Below are positions 50,041-59,645 of a stretch of DNA of 64,000 bases, piece by piece. The notes beneath the pieces were generated by a model that was not told the DNA's origin, did not search any database, and was given only the letters and a program-made list of their open reading frames with translations. The first letter of the stretch is position 1. Every line of letters starts with the position of its first letter. The position numbers and the translations under genes were made by a program. Source of the stretch: an uncultured delta proteobacterium (GTDB lineage Bacteria > Desulfobacterota > Desulfobacteria > Desulfobacterales > Desulfosalsimonadaceae); assembly GCA_963826785.1 (NCBI GenBank), contig CAWGYD010000004.1, forward strand, positions 192,001 through 256,000. The letters run 5' to 3'.

Positions 50041-51009
50041 ATGGCACCTCACCACAATGAAACAGATCATGATATCGACTGCCGGATACTCGGTGAAACG
50101 GGGGAGCAGGTATCGGCCATCGGCGTGGGCGGATTTCACATCGGGTCGCCGAAGGTGGACGAACAGCTGGGTATCCGCATCATCCGCAGCGCCATCGATC
50201 AGGGCATCAATTTCATGGACAATTCCTGGGATTACAACGACGGGGTCAGTGAAGCGCGGATGGGAAAGGCGCTGCGCGACGGGTACCGGGAAAAGGCCTT
50301 TCTCATGACCAAGATCGACGGCCGCTCCAAAGCCGAAGCGGCCCGGCAGCTGGAGCAATCCCTGAAGCGGCTTCAAACCGACTGCATCGATCTGGTCCAG
50401 CACCATGAGGTGATCCGGTATGAGGACCCCGACCGCATCTTCGATCCCGACGGCGCCCACGCGGCGCTCCTCGAGGCCAAAAAGGCGGGCAAGCTCCGCT
50501 TCATCGGGTTTACCGGCCATAAAGATCCGCACATCCACCTGTATATGCTCGAAGTGGCCGCCCGGCATGGCGTTAAATTCGATGCCGTCCAGATGCCGCT
50601 AAACGTCATGGATGCGCATTTCAGAAGCTTTGAAAAACGGGTCCTCCCCGAGCTGGTCCGCGACAATATCGGCGTTCTGGGCATGAAATCCATGGGAAAC
50701 GGCATCATCTTGAAATCAGGCGCCGTGACGGCAAAGGAGTGCCTCCAGTACGCATTGAATCTCCCCACCTCGGTGGTGATTACGGGCATCGACAGCATGG
50801 AAATCCTGGACCAGGCCGTTCAGACCGCCCGAACTTTCCGCCCCTTGAGCGATGAGGATGTTAAGAAAATTCTGGATAAGACAAAAGACCTTGCCGCCGA
50901 TGGAAAATTCGAGCTCTTCAAAACCGCCACCGTTTTCGATGCCACCGCGAGAAATCTCCACTGGCTGGGGGAGGAGCCGGCGCATGTCCAGAACCTCTCT
51001 CCGTCATGA
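50041..51009 (+). CDS. Aldo/keto reductase
   Basis: LG.TG..VS.IG.GG, GINFMDNSWDY, MTK, SLKRLQTD.IDL.Q.H, RFIGFTGH; AGGAG RBS at 50041. Confidence 0.9.
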   Translation: MAPHHNETDHDIDCRILGETGEQVSAIGVGGFHIGSPKVDEQLGIRIIRSAIDQGINFMDNSWDYNDGVSEARMGKALRDGYREKAFLMTKIDGRSKAEAARQLEQSLKRLQTDCIDLVQHHEVIRYEDPDRIFDPDGAHAALLEAKKAGKLRFIGFTGHKDPHIHLYMLEVAARHGVKFDAVQMPLNVMDAHFRSFEKRVLPELVRDNIGVLGMKSMGNGIILKSGAVTAKECLQYALNLPTSVVITGIDSMEILDQAVQTARTFRPLSDEDVKKILDKTKDLAADGKFELFKTATVFDATARNLHWLGEEPAHVQNLSPS

Positions 51010-51017
51010 CCGGGATT

Positions 51018-52019
51018 CTATCTGGGAACGGGCCCCAACGGGTTCAATGCGGCTTTGATATTCACCGGTTTTTCGATCTGGTCCTGCTCCAGCATGATTT
51101 TTTCGGTCTGCTGCCAGGCGTCCCCGTCAATGGTGCCGATAACCCCATCCGCGGCCGGGCGGATCATCTCCCGGGTGATGTCCAGCTGCTGCTCCAGGAT
51201 ATCCACCGGGGTATCGGGATCAAACTGCTGCAGGGCCTTGACGGCCTTCTCCCGGTTTTCGGGGGCCAGGGCCTGCCGCCATCCTTCCAGCAGGGCGGAA
51301 AGGAAGCGCCTTGCCAGTTCGGGGTTTTCCGACAGGGTCCTTGATTCGGTGACCACGGAGTTGGCCACAAATTTCACCCCGTAATCCGCCGGGTTGAAAT
51401 AGGCGGTCTGCTCCCCCGCCTGCTGCAGCTGTTCGCTGATGATCGGCCCCTGGGCGTTTCGGTAGACCGGCCACAGCTGGACCCGGTTGCGGTAAAAGGG
51501 CGTGTAATCATAGCGAACGCTGAACAAGGTCACCTGCGAATCCTTGATGTGCCCTTCGGCCAGCAGCGTGCGCATGATAGTTTCATCGTTTCCGCCAAAG
51601 GTGATGCCGATGACTTTTCCCTTCAGGTCTGCAAGATTTTGGATTTGAACCGCTTCCGGTCTGTAGATCCACTGCAGGGGATTGACCTGGAACAGCTGGG
51701 CGATCACCACCACCGGAGAACCCTTGGCCCGGGCCCGGATCACCTGGTCTGCGGAAGCTTCGCCGAAATCCGCGTACCCCAGTTCCAACTCCCGGATGGC
51801 GTCACGCTCCGGGCCGCCCGCCTTGATGGCAACCGACAGGCCGGCCTGATCGAAAATATGGTACACGTCGGCATACAGCGCGCCCGCCACGCTGACGTTG
51901 TAGAGCCATTTCAGCCGGTAGGTGATCTTGTCTCCGGCAAAACCATTTACCGCAGCCAGTGTGATCACCACCGGCGGGATGCAGATGGCCGCGATGATTT
52001 GTTTCAGTCTGTTTTTCAT
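51018..52019 (-). CDS. NMT1/THI5-like ABC substrate-binding protein
   Basis: Signal peptide, RLKWLYN...G, GGP, Q.NP, DLKGK.IG. Confidence 0.8.
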   Translation of the reverse strand: MKNRLKQIIAAICIPPVVITLAAVNGFAGDKITYRLKWLYNVSVAGALYADVYHIFDQAGLSVAIKAGGPERDAIRELELGYADFGEASADQVIRARAKGSPVVVIAQLFQVNPLQWIYRPEAVQIQNLADLKGKVIGITFGGNDETIMRTLLAEGHIKDSQVTLFSVRYDYTPFYRNRVQLWPVYRNAQGPIISEQLQQAGEQTAYFNPADYGVKFVANSVVTESRTLSENPELARRFLSALLEGWRQALAPENREKAVKALQQFDPDTPVDILEQQLDITREMIRPAADGVIGTIDGDAWQQTEKIMLEQDQIEKPVNIKAALNPLGPVPR

Positions 52020-52181
52020 TTTCTCATCCCTTTTCTTCATTCAGGCGCCTGAACGCAAAACGCGGGACAAGGGCCAAAATTTGCGCCTCTGGTTTATTCC
52101 AGGTTTTCGACCCCGCCGCGAATTTTTTTCGCAAGAAACTCGCGTGGCCCACCGGCATGTCGCCTCCATTGCACAAAACTT

Positions 52182-52937
52182 CTATGCACTGCTTCCGGTC
52201 CATGTTTTTTTTACGGCTGCGCCGCCCATCTCCAGCAGTCCCTGGTAGACGGCCAGGGTGATGCCGATGAGAAACAGGGCAATCAGGATTTTGGACAGAT
52301 CGCTCTGGTACAGGGCGATGCGGATGGAATACCCGATGCCGGCGTTGGCGGCGATGAATTCGGCCACGATGGTCCCGGCCATGGCCAAAGTGGCGCTGCC
52401 GGAAATGACCGTGGTCAGCTGGCCCAGATTCTCGAAGGCCCGGATCTTGACCTCCAGCTGCCACCGCATCCGGCCGGTGGCCCGGTAGAAATGCTCGATA
52501 TCGTCGATGGGCTTGGACATGATCCCCAGAACGGAAAGCAGCACCGGAAAGTAGCAGATCATGGCCGCGATCAGCAGCCGGGTGAGAAATCCGTCGCCCA
52601 AAAGGATAAACAGGATCGGGGCCAGCGCCACGATGGGATAGGCCTGGATGTTGTAGGCGGCCACCTTGATAAAGGAGCCGAACCAGGTGGACCGGCGTCC
52701 GGCAATGCCGATGGCAAAGGCCAGGATCACCGACAGAACCTGTCCGACAATGGCCACGGTCAGGGTGTTCAATGTATCCAGGCTGTACCGGTGGGATTCG
52801 GCCTTCAGGGTGTGGTAGATGTCGGACGGGGCCGGTATGACGTAATCGGACAGCTGCAACCCGTATTTAACCAGCATCAGCCCACAGATAAACAGCAGGT
52901 AGATAATGAAAAACTGGATGATTCGTTTATGCAGCAT
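52182..52937 (-). CDS. ABC permease (NitT/TauT family)
   Basis: YVIPAPSDI, QAYPIVALAP, IVAEF...GIG. Confidence 0.85.
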   Translation of the reverse strand: MLHKRIIQFFIIYLLFICGLMLVKYGLQLSDYVIPAPSDIYHTLKAESHRYSLDTLNTLTVAIVGQVLSVILAFAIGIAGRRSTWFGSFIKVAAYNIQAYPIVALAPILFILLGDGFLTRLLIAAMICYFPVLLSVLGIMSKPIDDIEHFYRATGRMRWQLEVKIRAFENLGQLTTVISGSATLAMAGTIVAEFIAANAGIGYSIRIALYQSDLSKILIALFLIGITLAVYQGLLEMGGAAVKKTWTGSSA

Positions 52938-53619
52938 TCATGATCTCCAGCAGGGATGCATCCAGCTCGTTGCGGGAAAGCGACTGCCCCTGTTTCAAAT
53001 TGCGCCCATTGATCATGGTGGTGCGCACGGTGTGGTCATCGGCCGAAAATACCAGGATTTCATCGCAGAACCGGGCCACTTCAATGACATTGTGGGAAAT
53101 GTAGATAAAGTACCGATTCGGAAACATTTCCTTGATGGTCAGGATGATCCTTTCACGCGTGGCTTCATCGACATTGGCCAGGCTTTCGTCCATGATCAGA
53201 AGGTCACATTCCTGGAGCAGGTAGCGGATGAGGTTCACCCGGTTCTGCTGCCCCATGGAAAGACTGCCGAATCGTGATCCGATGCAGTCCGAGAGTCCGA
53301 ACACCTCCACCAGCTGTTCCTTTTTGGATCTCATGGAAGGGGCGATGACCCGGTCCAGGTGCCGCCCCACCCCGGACCAGCCGGGCAGCCGCTCCATGTT
53401 GTAGGAATAAAGCAGTTTGTTCATTCCGCCGGCGTCGATCGTACCCGATAACCCGGCCGCATCGCCGGTGATGATTCTGGCCAGCGTGGTCTTGCCCACC
53501 CCCGAAGGTCCGAAGAAGGAATGAAATCCGGGCGCTGAAAAGCGGCAGGAGATGCCCGCAAAAAGCGGATGTTCGGCTCCGGGGTACGTGAAGAAGATGT
53601 CTTTGCAAATCAGCGGCAT
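52927..53619 (-). CDS. ABC ATP-binding protein (NitT/TauT family)
   Basis: GPSGVGKTT, LSMGQ, LLIMDE, ISHN. Confidence 0.88.
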   Translation of the reverse strand: MPLICKDIFFTYPGAEHPLFAGISCRFSAPGFHSFFGPSGVGKTTLARIITGDAAGLSGTIDAGGMNKLLYSYNMERLPGWSGVGRHLDRVIAPSMRSKKEQLVEVFGLSDCIGSRFGSLSMGQQNRVNLIRYLLQECDLLIMDESLANVDEATRERIILTIKEMFPNRYFIYISHNVIEVARFCDEILVFSADDHTVRTTMINGRNLKQGQSLSRNELDASLLEIMNAA

Positions 53620-53718
53620 GATCCCACCTGTGTTTTAAAAAAACTAAGCTTAACTTCAGGGACGAATAAGATCAAGAGCGTGATTTATTCCGTTTAATCC
53701 AAAATACGGGTAAAGCGA

Positions 53719-53747
53719 TTGACAGAGGTCTGTGGAGAAGATATCGT
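53719..53747 (+). promoter_or_regulatory. sigma70-type promoter
   Basis: TTGACA-17-TATCGT upstream of the cytidylate kinase-like gene. Confidence 0.5.
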
Positions 53748-53875
53748 TTTTAGGACGATTTTTTTCAACTATCTGTGTTCATCCGGAAATGAGATAATTT
53801 GAACCTGACGCAGAAATTGATCGAATCTGCCACTATATGGATGGGGACTCCCGAATTTTAAGCGGAAATGATGCC

Positions 53876-54505
53876 ATGAACGCGACACCTTCCTTTCATA
53901 TCACCATTGCCAGGCAGCTGGGAAGCGGCGGGGCGGAGCTGGGCCAGCGGATTGCCGGCCGGCTGGGAATGGCCTACCTGGACCGGCAGATTCTTCAAAA
54001 TGCCGCAAGCGAACTGGGGATGAGCGAGGCCGAACTGGCCCACCGGGAAGAGCGCATTCAGCGCTTCTGGGTGAGGATGATGGAAGCGTTTTCCATCGGC
54101 TGCCCGGAGTACATGCTGGAAACGCCGCCGCTCAAGATGATTTCGGATGAGAAGCTCATCGAGGCCGAACAGCGGGTCCTGCTTCGGCTGTGTTCCCGGG
54201 GCCCCTGCGTGATCGTCGGCCGCTGCGGATTTTTTGTGCTGAAAAGCAGTGCGCGCCTGGTAAACATCTTCGTCCACGCACCGCGGTCATTTCGGGTGGA
54301 GCGGATCATGAAGTTCTACGGCGCCAAAAGCCGGGAAGCCGCGGGAAAAATCATCGACAAAACCGACCGGGACCGGGAACGGTACGTGGAAAAACTCACC
54401 GAGGGCTCCTGGTACGATGCCCGCAATTATCATCTGGTGTTCGATATGGAAAAAATCGGATTCGATGCGGCCGTGGAAACAGTGGCCAAAGTGACTGCCG
54501 GATAA
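53876..54505 (+). CDS. Cytidylate kinase-like family protein
   Basis: ITIARQLGSGG, CVIVGRCG, D..R..Y, YHL; alternative in-frame start at 53837. Confidence 0.82.
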   Translation: MNATPSFHITIARQLGSGGAELGQRIAGRLGMAYLDRQILQNAASELGMSEAELAHREERIQRFWVRMMEAFSIGCPEYMLETPPLKMISDEKLIEAEQRVLLRLCSRGPCVIVGRCGFFVLKSSARLVNIFVHAPRSFRVERIMKFYGAKSREAAGKIIDKTDRDRERYVEKLTEGSWYDARNYHLVFDMEKIGFDAAVETVAKVTAG

Positions 54506-54560
54506 TACATTCTCTTTTTTCTGGATTCGCCTCTTTCCCCATCCTTCGGGCCTTTTGTCC

Positions 54561-56129
54561 TCAATCCCCTTGCTTTTTCCCTGATTTTTGCGTCAGCAGA
54601 ATGGCGATCAGAAACGTGGAGCCGATCAGGGCAAAGATGAAGCAGTGCCGGAAGGTGTCGTGAAAGGCAAAATTCAAGGCCTGCAGCCCCTGCACCCGGC
54701 CCAGGAGCATGTGCGCCTTGGCGGAGGCGGCATCCGGGGCAAACAGGCCGGAAAGCTGCATGGCGGCCCCGTCCACGTAGCGCTTCACGTAATTGAAATT
54801 CTGCATGACGCCGATCCCCTCGAAATGGATGACCTGGCTTTTTTCCAGCGTATTGGTGGCAATGGCCGTCCCCAGTGATCCGCCCACGAAGCGCAGATAA
54901 TGCATCAGGCTCACCCCCTGGGCGGTCCGTTTCCCCAGGCTGCCGAGGGCCATGGCGGACAGCGGCGCAAAGAAACAGCCCAGACCGATGCCTAAAGGGA
55001 CGGTGATAATCGCTGCGCGCACCGAGGGGGTATAATAGTTGAGCGAGGGGATCAAAAACCAGCTGGTAAACAGGTAGAGCAGGCAGCTTCCCGCCAGGAT
55101 GCGCTGGGGGCCGAACTTGTCGCTCATGATGCCGGCCAGGGGGGAAAATACGGCGATAAAGATGGCAAAGGCCAGCATGTGCAGCCCGGTGTCAAAGGTC
55201 CCCAGCATTTTCAGATTTTCATAATACAGGGGCAGCAGGTAAAAAAGCTGGTAGATGGAAAGCCCCATCACGAAAAAATAGAACCCCATGGACAGGGTAT
55301 AGGTGCGGTTTTTGAAAATGCCGGGATCGATCAGCTTTTCCGAAGACAGGATCTCCGATATCAGGTAGAGCATCAGGGCCATGGCCGCACCGAAGGCCAG
55401 CAGCCCGATGGTGGTGGACTGGAACCAGCCCAGCTGCTGCCCCTTGGAAAGCAGGATCAGCAGGAAGACCGTAAAGGTGCCCATGAAAAAGTAGCTGATG
55501 AAATTAAATCTAAGCCGCATCTTGTGGGTGATCAGCAGGGGCAGAAACGAAGAGGCGGCCACGAAATTCAGCGCCCCCACCGGCAGGTTGATGTAAAAAA
55601 CCCAGCGCCAGCTCAGATGTTCGGTGATCCATCCGCCGATGGTGGGCCCCAGCGAAGGGGCGAAACTCACCCCCATGGCATAGATGCCCATGGCGATCCC
55701 CTGTTTTTTCGGTGGGTAAATCGAAAACAGGATGGTCTGTGCCGATGCCATGATAAAGGCTTCCCCCACCCCCTGGACCACCCTGAAGGCGATCATGTTG
55801 GACAGGGTCCCGGCCATGCCGCACATGGCGGAAGCAATGGTGAAGATGGCCATCCCGGTGATAAAAAGGCGCTTTAAGCCGATCACATGGCTTAAGTTGT
55901 GGGTGAGCAGCAGGGCCACGGCCGCAGATGTCATGTATGCCGTGATCACCCACTGGATGCCGTACAGATCAGTGGACAAAGGCCCGATCATCTTTGGAAT
56001 CACCACGTCCACAATGGTGGTGTCCAGAATGGCCATAAACGCTCCGGCCATGATGATCAGGGTGAGAAACGCCCGGTAGCCGGGCGTAATCGTTTCATAG
56101 AAGGGCTTTTCCAGGACCGGATCGTCCAT
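54561..56129 (-). CDS. DHA2/EmrB-family MFS efflux permease
   Basis: FMAILDTTIVDV, QWVITAY, FRVVQGVG, APSLGPTIGGWIT...WRWVFYINLPVG. Confidence 0.92.
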   Translation of the reverse strand: MDDPVLEKPFYETITPGYRAFLTLIIMAGAFMAILDTTIVDVVIPKMIGPLSTDLYGIQWVITAYMTSAAVALLLTHNLSHVIGLKRLFITGMAIFTIASAMCGMAGTLSNMIAFRVVQGVGEAFIMASAQTILFSIYPPKKQGIAMGIYAMGVSFAPSLGPTIGGWITEHLSWRWVFYINLPVGALNFVAASSFLPLLITHKMRLRFNFISYFFMGTFTVFLLILLSKGQQLGWFQSTTIGLLAFGAAMALMLYLISEILSSEKLIDPGIFKNRTYTLSMGFYFFVMGLSIYQLFYLLPLYYENLKMLGTFDTGLHMLAFAIFIAVFSPLAGIMSDKFGPQRILAGSCLLYLFTSWFLIPSLNYYTPSVRAAIITVPLGIGLGCFFAPLSAMALGSLGKRTAQGVSLMHYLRFVGGSLGTAIATNTLEKSQVIHFEGIGVMQNFNYVKRYVDGAAMQLSGLFAPDAASAKAHMLLGRVQGLQALNFAFHDTFRHCFIFALIGSTFLIAILLTQKSGKKQGD

Positions 56130-57286
56130 TACGCCCCTTTCCGCCGGATTTCCACTTCTCCGCTCAGGCCCACCTGCAGCAGGCGGATGTCTCCATCCGT
56201 GATGTCGATGCGAACGGGAATGCGCTGGGCCACCTTGGTGAATTCACCCGCGGAGATATCCCGGGGGGCCAGGGCGAAGGTGGCGGCCGATGCCGGCATC
56301 ACCTGGTTGACCACGCCCTTGTATTCCTGATCGGGGTATGCGTCGATGCGGATGCTCACCGGGGCGCCCGGGATCACCCCGTTTAATTTGTTTTCCTCCA
56401 GCAGCGCCACCACGTAGAGGCGGTCCGGATCGAGCACCGCGTAGACGGCGCTTGCGGGCGAGACGATGTCGCCGATGCCGGCAAACTGTTTGGCGATCCG
56501 GCCGGTGATGGCGCTTTTCAAAACGCAGGCATCGATATTGCTTTCCGCGTTTTCCAGGGCGGCGCGAAGCCCCTTGATCGATTCGGTCAGCGATGCGATA
56601 TTTTTTTCCACCTCGCCGACCCGGGTGCGGTTGGTCTCGGCCAGGCGGACGGAAAGCCTGGCCGAGGAAATGGAAGCACCCAGCGCGGATGCATTTTCAA
56701 TGATCGATTTTTTTTCCGCCTCCCGGGTCAGCAGCTGGGTGCCGATGTCTTCGGCCTTATGCTTGGAAACGGCTTTTTGCGCATAGAGGGACTCGAACCG
56801 CTGACGGTCGCGCTTTAACTGCTCGATGATCGCCTGAATGCTTTCGGCCTGGGAATTCAACGCCTCTTTTTGTTTATCGAGCTGATCCACCTGGGCGTGG
56901 GCGATTTTCACGTTCAGGTCGACTTCATTCTTCAGGCGTTCAAGCAGCAGTTTCTGCTCCCCCAGTTTTTCGTTTGCCGATGCGATTTCAGCCTTCAGCC
57001 GCCGGGCATCCAGGCGGTACGGGGTGTCATCGATGGCCGCGACCACCTCGCCGGCCTGTACCGGGTCGCCCTCTGTTTTCGCCATTTTCATCACCCGGCC
57101 GCTGACCCGGTTGAAGCCCAGGGTCGCCAGTGAATCGGTCCGGACAAAAACCGCATCCGTCACCGCATACTGCATGCGGTGATGGACAAATCGCAACGCC
57201 AAAACAAATACCACGATAATGCCGATCACCAGAAGGCCGACCGCAACGGTTTTTCTCTTTTTGCCCGCGTTCGGGGGAGGATTCAT
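56129..57286 (-). CDS. EmrA/HlyD-family membrane fusion protein
   Basis: N-terminal TM, TDAVFV, coiled coil, IDAYP, FTKVAQRIPVRI. Confidence 0.9.
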   Translation of the reverse strand: MNPPPNAGKKRKTVAVGLLVIGIIVVFVLALRFVHHRMQYAVTDAVFVRTDSLATLGFNRVSGRVMKMAKTEGDPVQAGEVVAAIDDTPYRLDARRLKAEIASANEKLGEQKLLLERLKNEVDLNVKIAHAQVDQLDKQKEALNSQAESIQAIIEQLKRDRQRFESLYAQKAVSKHKAEDIGTQLLTREAEKKSIIENASALGASISSARLSVRLAETNRTRVGEVEKNIASLTESIKGLRAALENAESNIDACVLKSAITGRIAKQFAGIGDIVSPASAVYAVLDPDRLYVVALLEENKLNGVIPGAPVSIRIDAYPDQEYKGVVNQVMPASAATFALAPRDISAGEFTKVAQRIPVRIDITDGDIRLLQVGLSGEVEIRRKGA

Positions 57287-57288
57287 AT

Positions 57289-57918
57289 TTACAGATCTCC
57301 TTGCAACTTGTTTTTCGTCCTTTTCAGCCGCAGCCCGATTCCCTGGAGCAAAAGCCGCGTGATGTGGCCCGCCAGCACTTCGGGGGCGTCATGCTCCGGC
57401 CGGTAGCCCGGCAGCAGTTTTTTCAGCCCGGCCATCTGGTAGGGATGAACGGCGAGTGAAATGATCGACAGGGTCAGCAGAAACGGGTCGTACGAATCGT
57501 CGAGTTGGGTGCACAGATTGTAAACGCCGGTAAAGACATCCGTGAACACTTCCTGTGCCACCAGGCGCAGCCGCTTTTCATCCCCCTCCAGGATTTCCCG
57601 GTGAATGAGCCGGGTAAAAACGGGGTCCCGGCTCAACTGTTCGCAGAAACGGCAAATCAGCTGTCGGAGCCGCGCTGCGGGCGGCGCATCGATGGCCATG
57701 GCCTGCGTCGCCTGCTGCGCCCGATCGGCGAAGGCATGCTTCATGGCGGCAAGATAAAGCGCCTGTTTGCCGGAAAAATGATGATACAGCGATCCGGCCT
57801 TGATTCCCGCCCTTGCGGCGGCTTCCCGCATGGTGACCTGGGCGTACCCTTTTTCCGCGAAAAGGGGAATCACATCCGACAGGATCCGCTGTCTGCATTT
57901 GTCATTTTTGGGGCGCAT
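57289..57918 (-). CDS. TetR/AcrR-family regulator
   Basis: LFAEKGYAQVTMREAA..AG...GSLYHHFSGK. Confidence 0.92.
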   Translation of the reverse strand: MRPKNDKCRQRILSDVIPLFAEKGYAQVTMREAAARAGIKAGSLYHHFSGKQALYLAAMKHAFADRAQQATQAMAIDAPPAARLRQLICRFCEQLSRDPVFTRLIHREILEGDEKRLRLVAQEVFTDVFTGVYNLCTQLDDSYDPFLLTLSIISLAVHPYQMAGLKKLLPGYRPEHDAPEVLAGHITRLLLQGIGLRLKRTKNKLQGDL

Positions 57919-57930
57919 GGGGGTAATCTC

Positions 57931-59325
57931 TCAGGGCCGCAGCAGGGACTTGATGTCCCAGCCAGACTTCTGCCTTTTTCCGGTTTGAATAAAAGCGGCT
58001 TCCGCCAGCCGGCCCACGGCGCGGTCCAGTTCGGCGGCGGCCATTCTGAATCCGTACAGCGCCCCGTAATAATTGGTCTCCGCCATTGTCAGATCGAGAC
58101 GGGCATCGATCACATCCAGAGAGGATGCGATGTTTTCCTTGTACTGCACATCGGTGATGCGAAAATTTTCTTTTGCCTGGTCAAGGGTCTGTTCCGCGGT
58201 GCGGATGTTTTCATCGGCCACTTTGAGATCGAGGAAAGCCTGTTTGACTTCCAGCCGCACATTGTCTTCAACGATGCGGATCTGCGCGGCCACTCCATCT
58301 TTTTCACGCTCCTGGCGCAGCACCCGGGCATGCCGCTTGCCCCAGGTCATCAGGTCCCACTGGGCGGTGACGGAAACGCCGGCATTGTGCGAGTTGCCGT
58401 AGTCGTTGTCGGAAGCCGCTGCATTCTGGCCGTCCTGCTCATAGGACCCGGCCATGAATACATCCGGATAATAGGCGCTTTTGGCCACGGACACGCCCAG
58501 TTCCGCCTGTTTCAACGCCAAGTGCAGGGCCTGCACCGCCGGACGGTTTTCGACGGCTTCGGCCATGAGGGGCGCCAGCTCGGACGGCACCGGCGGCAGC
58601 GCCTGGACTTCCTGGACCCGGGTTTTCGCGTCAATGGGAAGGCTGACCAGGGTGTTGAAGGTGGAAACGGCCATTTCCACCCGGCTTTTGGCCCGGGCGG
58701 CCGCCTGCCGGTTATTGGCGAGCGCCACCTGGGATTTCAACAGATCGTTGTAGGGGATCAGCCCCTGGTCGTAAAATTTTTGAGCGTCCTGCTCGTGTGC
58801 GGCCAGCTGGTCCACGGCCTCATCGGCCGTTTTCCGGAACTGCTCCGCCAGCAGGATTGAGTAATAGGCATTCTTGACCCCTTTTACCACCGACAGCACG
58901 GCCTGGCGTTCTTCCTCGGATTTGACATCTACCCCGAGCTTTTCCATCTCCAGGCGGCTGGTCAGGGCAAACCCGGTAAACAGCGGCTGGCGCAGGGTCA
59001 CGTCCCAATGGAACTGATTGACGTCGTTCATGTCAAACGGCTGATGATTGAACAGGATGTAGGGCGCATCCTTTAACCGGGTGTATTGATACGTTGCGGA
59101 AAGTGCCGGGAACAGATCGGCCCGGGCAATTTTTTCCGCCTGCTCCTGGGCGGCCAGCGCATCCCGGGCCTGCTGCAGCGCGCTGCTGCTTTTCAATGCC
59201 ATGGAGATGGCCTCATCTAACGTCAGGGGGGCAGTTGGCGGTTGACTCTGGGCGGATGCGGCAGCCGACAGGAAAAGCAGAAGGATGGAAGCCACCATTC
59301 GCCGGATTCCAAAATATTTTATCAT
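57931..59325 (-). CDS. TolC-family outer-membrane efflux protein
   Basis: Signal peptide, LTLDEAI, QPLFTGF, VKNAYY, AKSAYYP. Confidence 0.9.
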   Translation of the reverse strand: MIKYFGIRRMVASILLLFLSAAASAQSQPPTAPLTLDEAISMALKSSSALQQARDALAAQEQAEKIARADLFPALSATYQYTRLKDAPYILFNHQPFDMNDVNQFHWDVTLRQPLFTGFALTSRLEMEKLGVDVKSEEERQAVLSVVKGVKNAYYSILLAEQFRKTADEAVDQLAAHEQDAQKFYDQGLIPYNDLLKSQVALANNRQAAARAKSRVEMAVSTFNTLVSLPIDAKTRVQEVQALPPVPSELAPLMAEAVENRPAVQALHLALKQAELGVSVAKSAYYPDVFMAGSYEQDGQNAAASDNDYGNSHNAGVSVTAQWDLMTWGKRHARVLRQEREKDGVAAQIRIVEDNVRLEVKQAFLDLKVADENIRTAEQTLDQAKENFRITDVQYKENIASSLDVIDARLDLTMAETNYYGALYGFRMAAAELDRAVGRLAEAAFIQTGKRQKSGWDIKSLLRP

Positions 59326-59388
59326 GGCAAAAAATCTTTCTGAAACAGGGGGGCAAACGGTGTTTAAGGAAATGCACTATTGTTTTGC

Positions 59389-59561
59389 GAGCAAACGTTC
59401 GTTTGGTTTATAAGTGCCCGGAGGCCTCTCTGTCAAGCGTTTTTTCAGCGGGCGCACAATGAAAGTGGATGAAGGATCAGGGTGTCAACCGATGATTTGA
59501 CCTGTACGAACGTTCGGTTGCGGCGAAGAATCCATGAACGCATATCAAATGAACGTTTGCA
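59389..59561. promoter_or_regulatory. Three AACGTT-centred TetR-type operators and the tolC promoter
   Basis: GCAAACGTTCGT (59391), CGAACGTTCG (59507-59516), TGAACGTTTG (59550); TTGACA-18-TATAAA on the minus strand at 59436-59407. Confidence 0.6.
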
Positions 59562-59645
59562 AAAATAATCGGTGTTGTTATCAATAGAATATGCGAAGAG
59601 AACGTATCTGCCCTTAAATGGATTATGGGGAGTCTGGTGGAGCAT

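Noticed and set aside
53620..53720. TPP riboswitch expected upstream of a THI5-like transporter
   Set aside because: No CTGAGA...ACCTG core visible; thiamine-precursor specificity not supported
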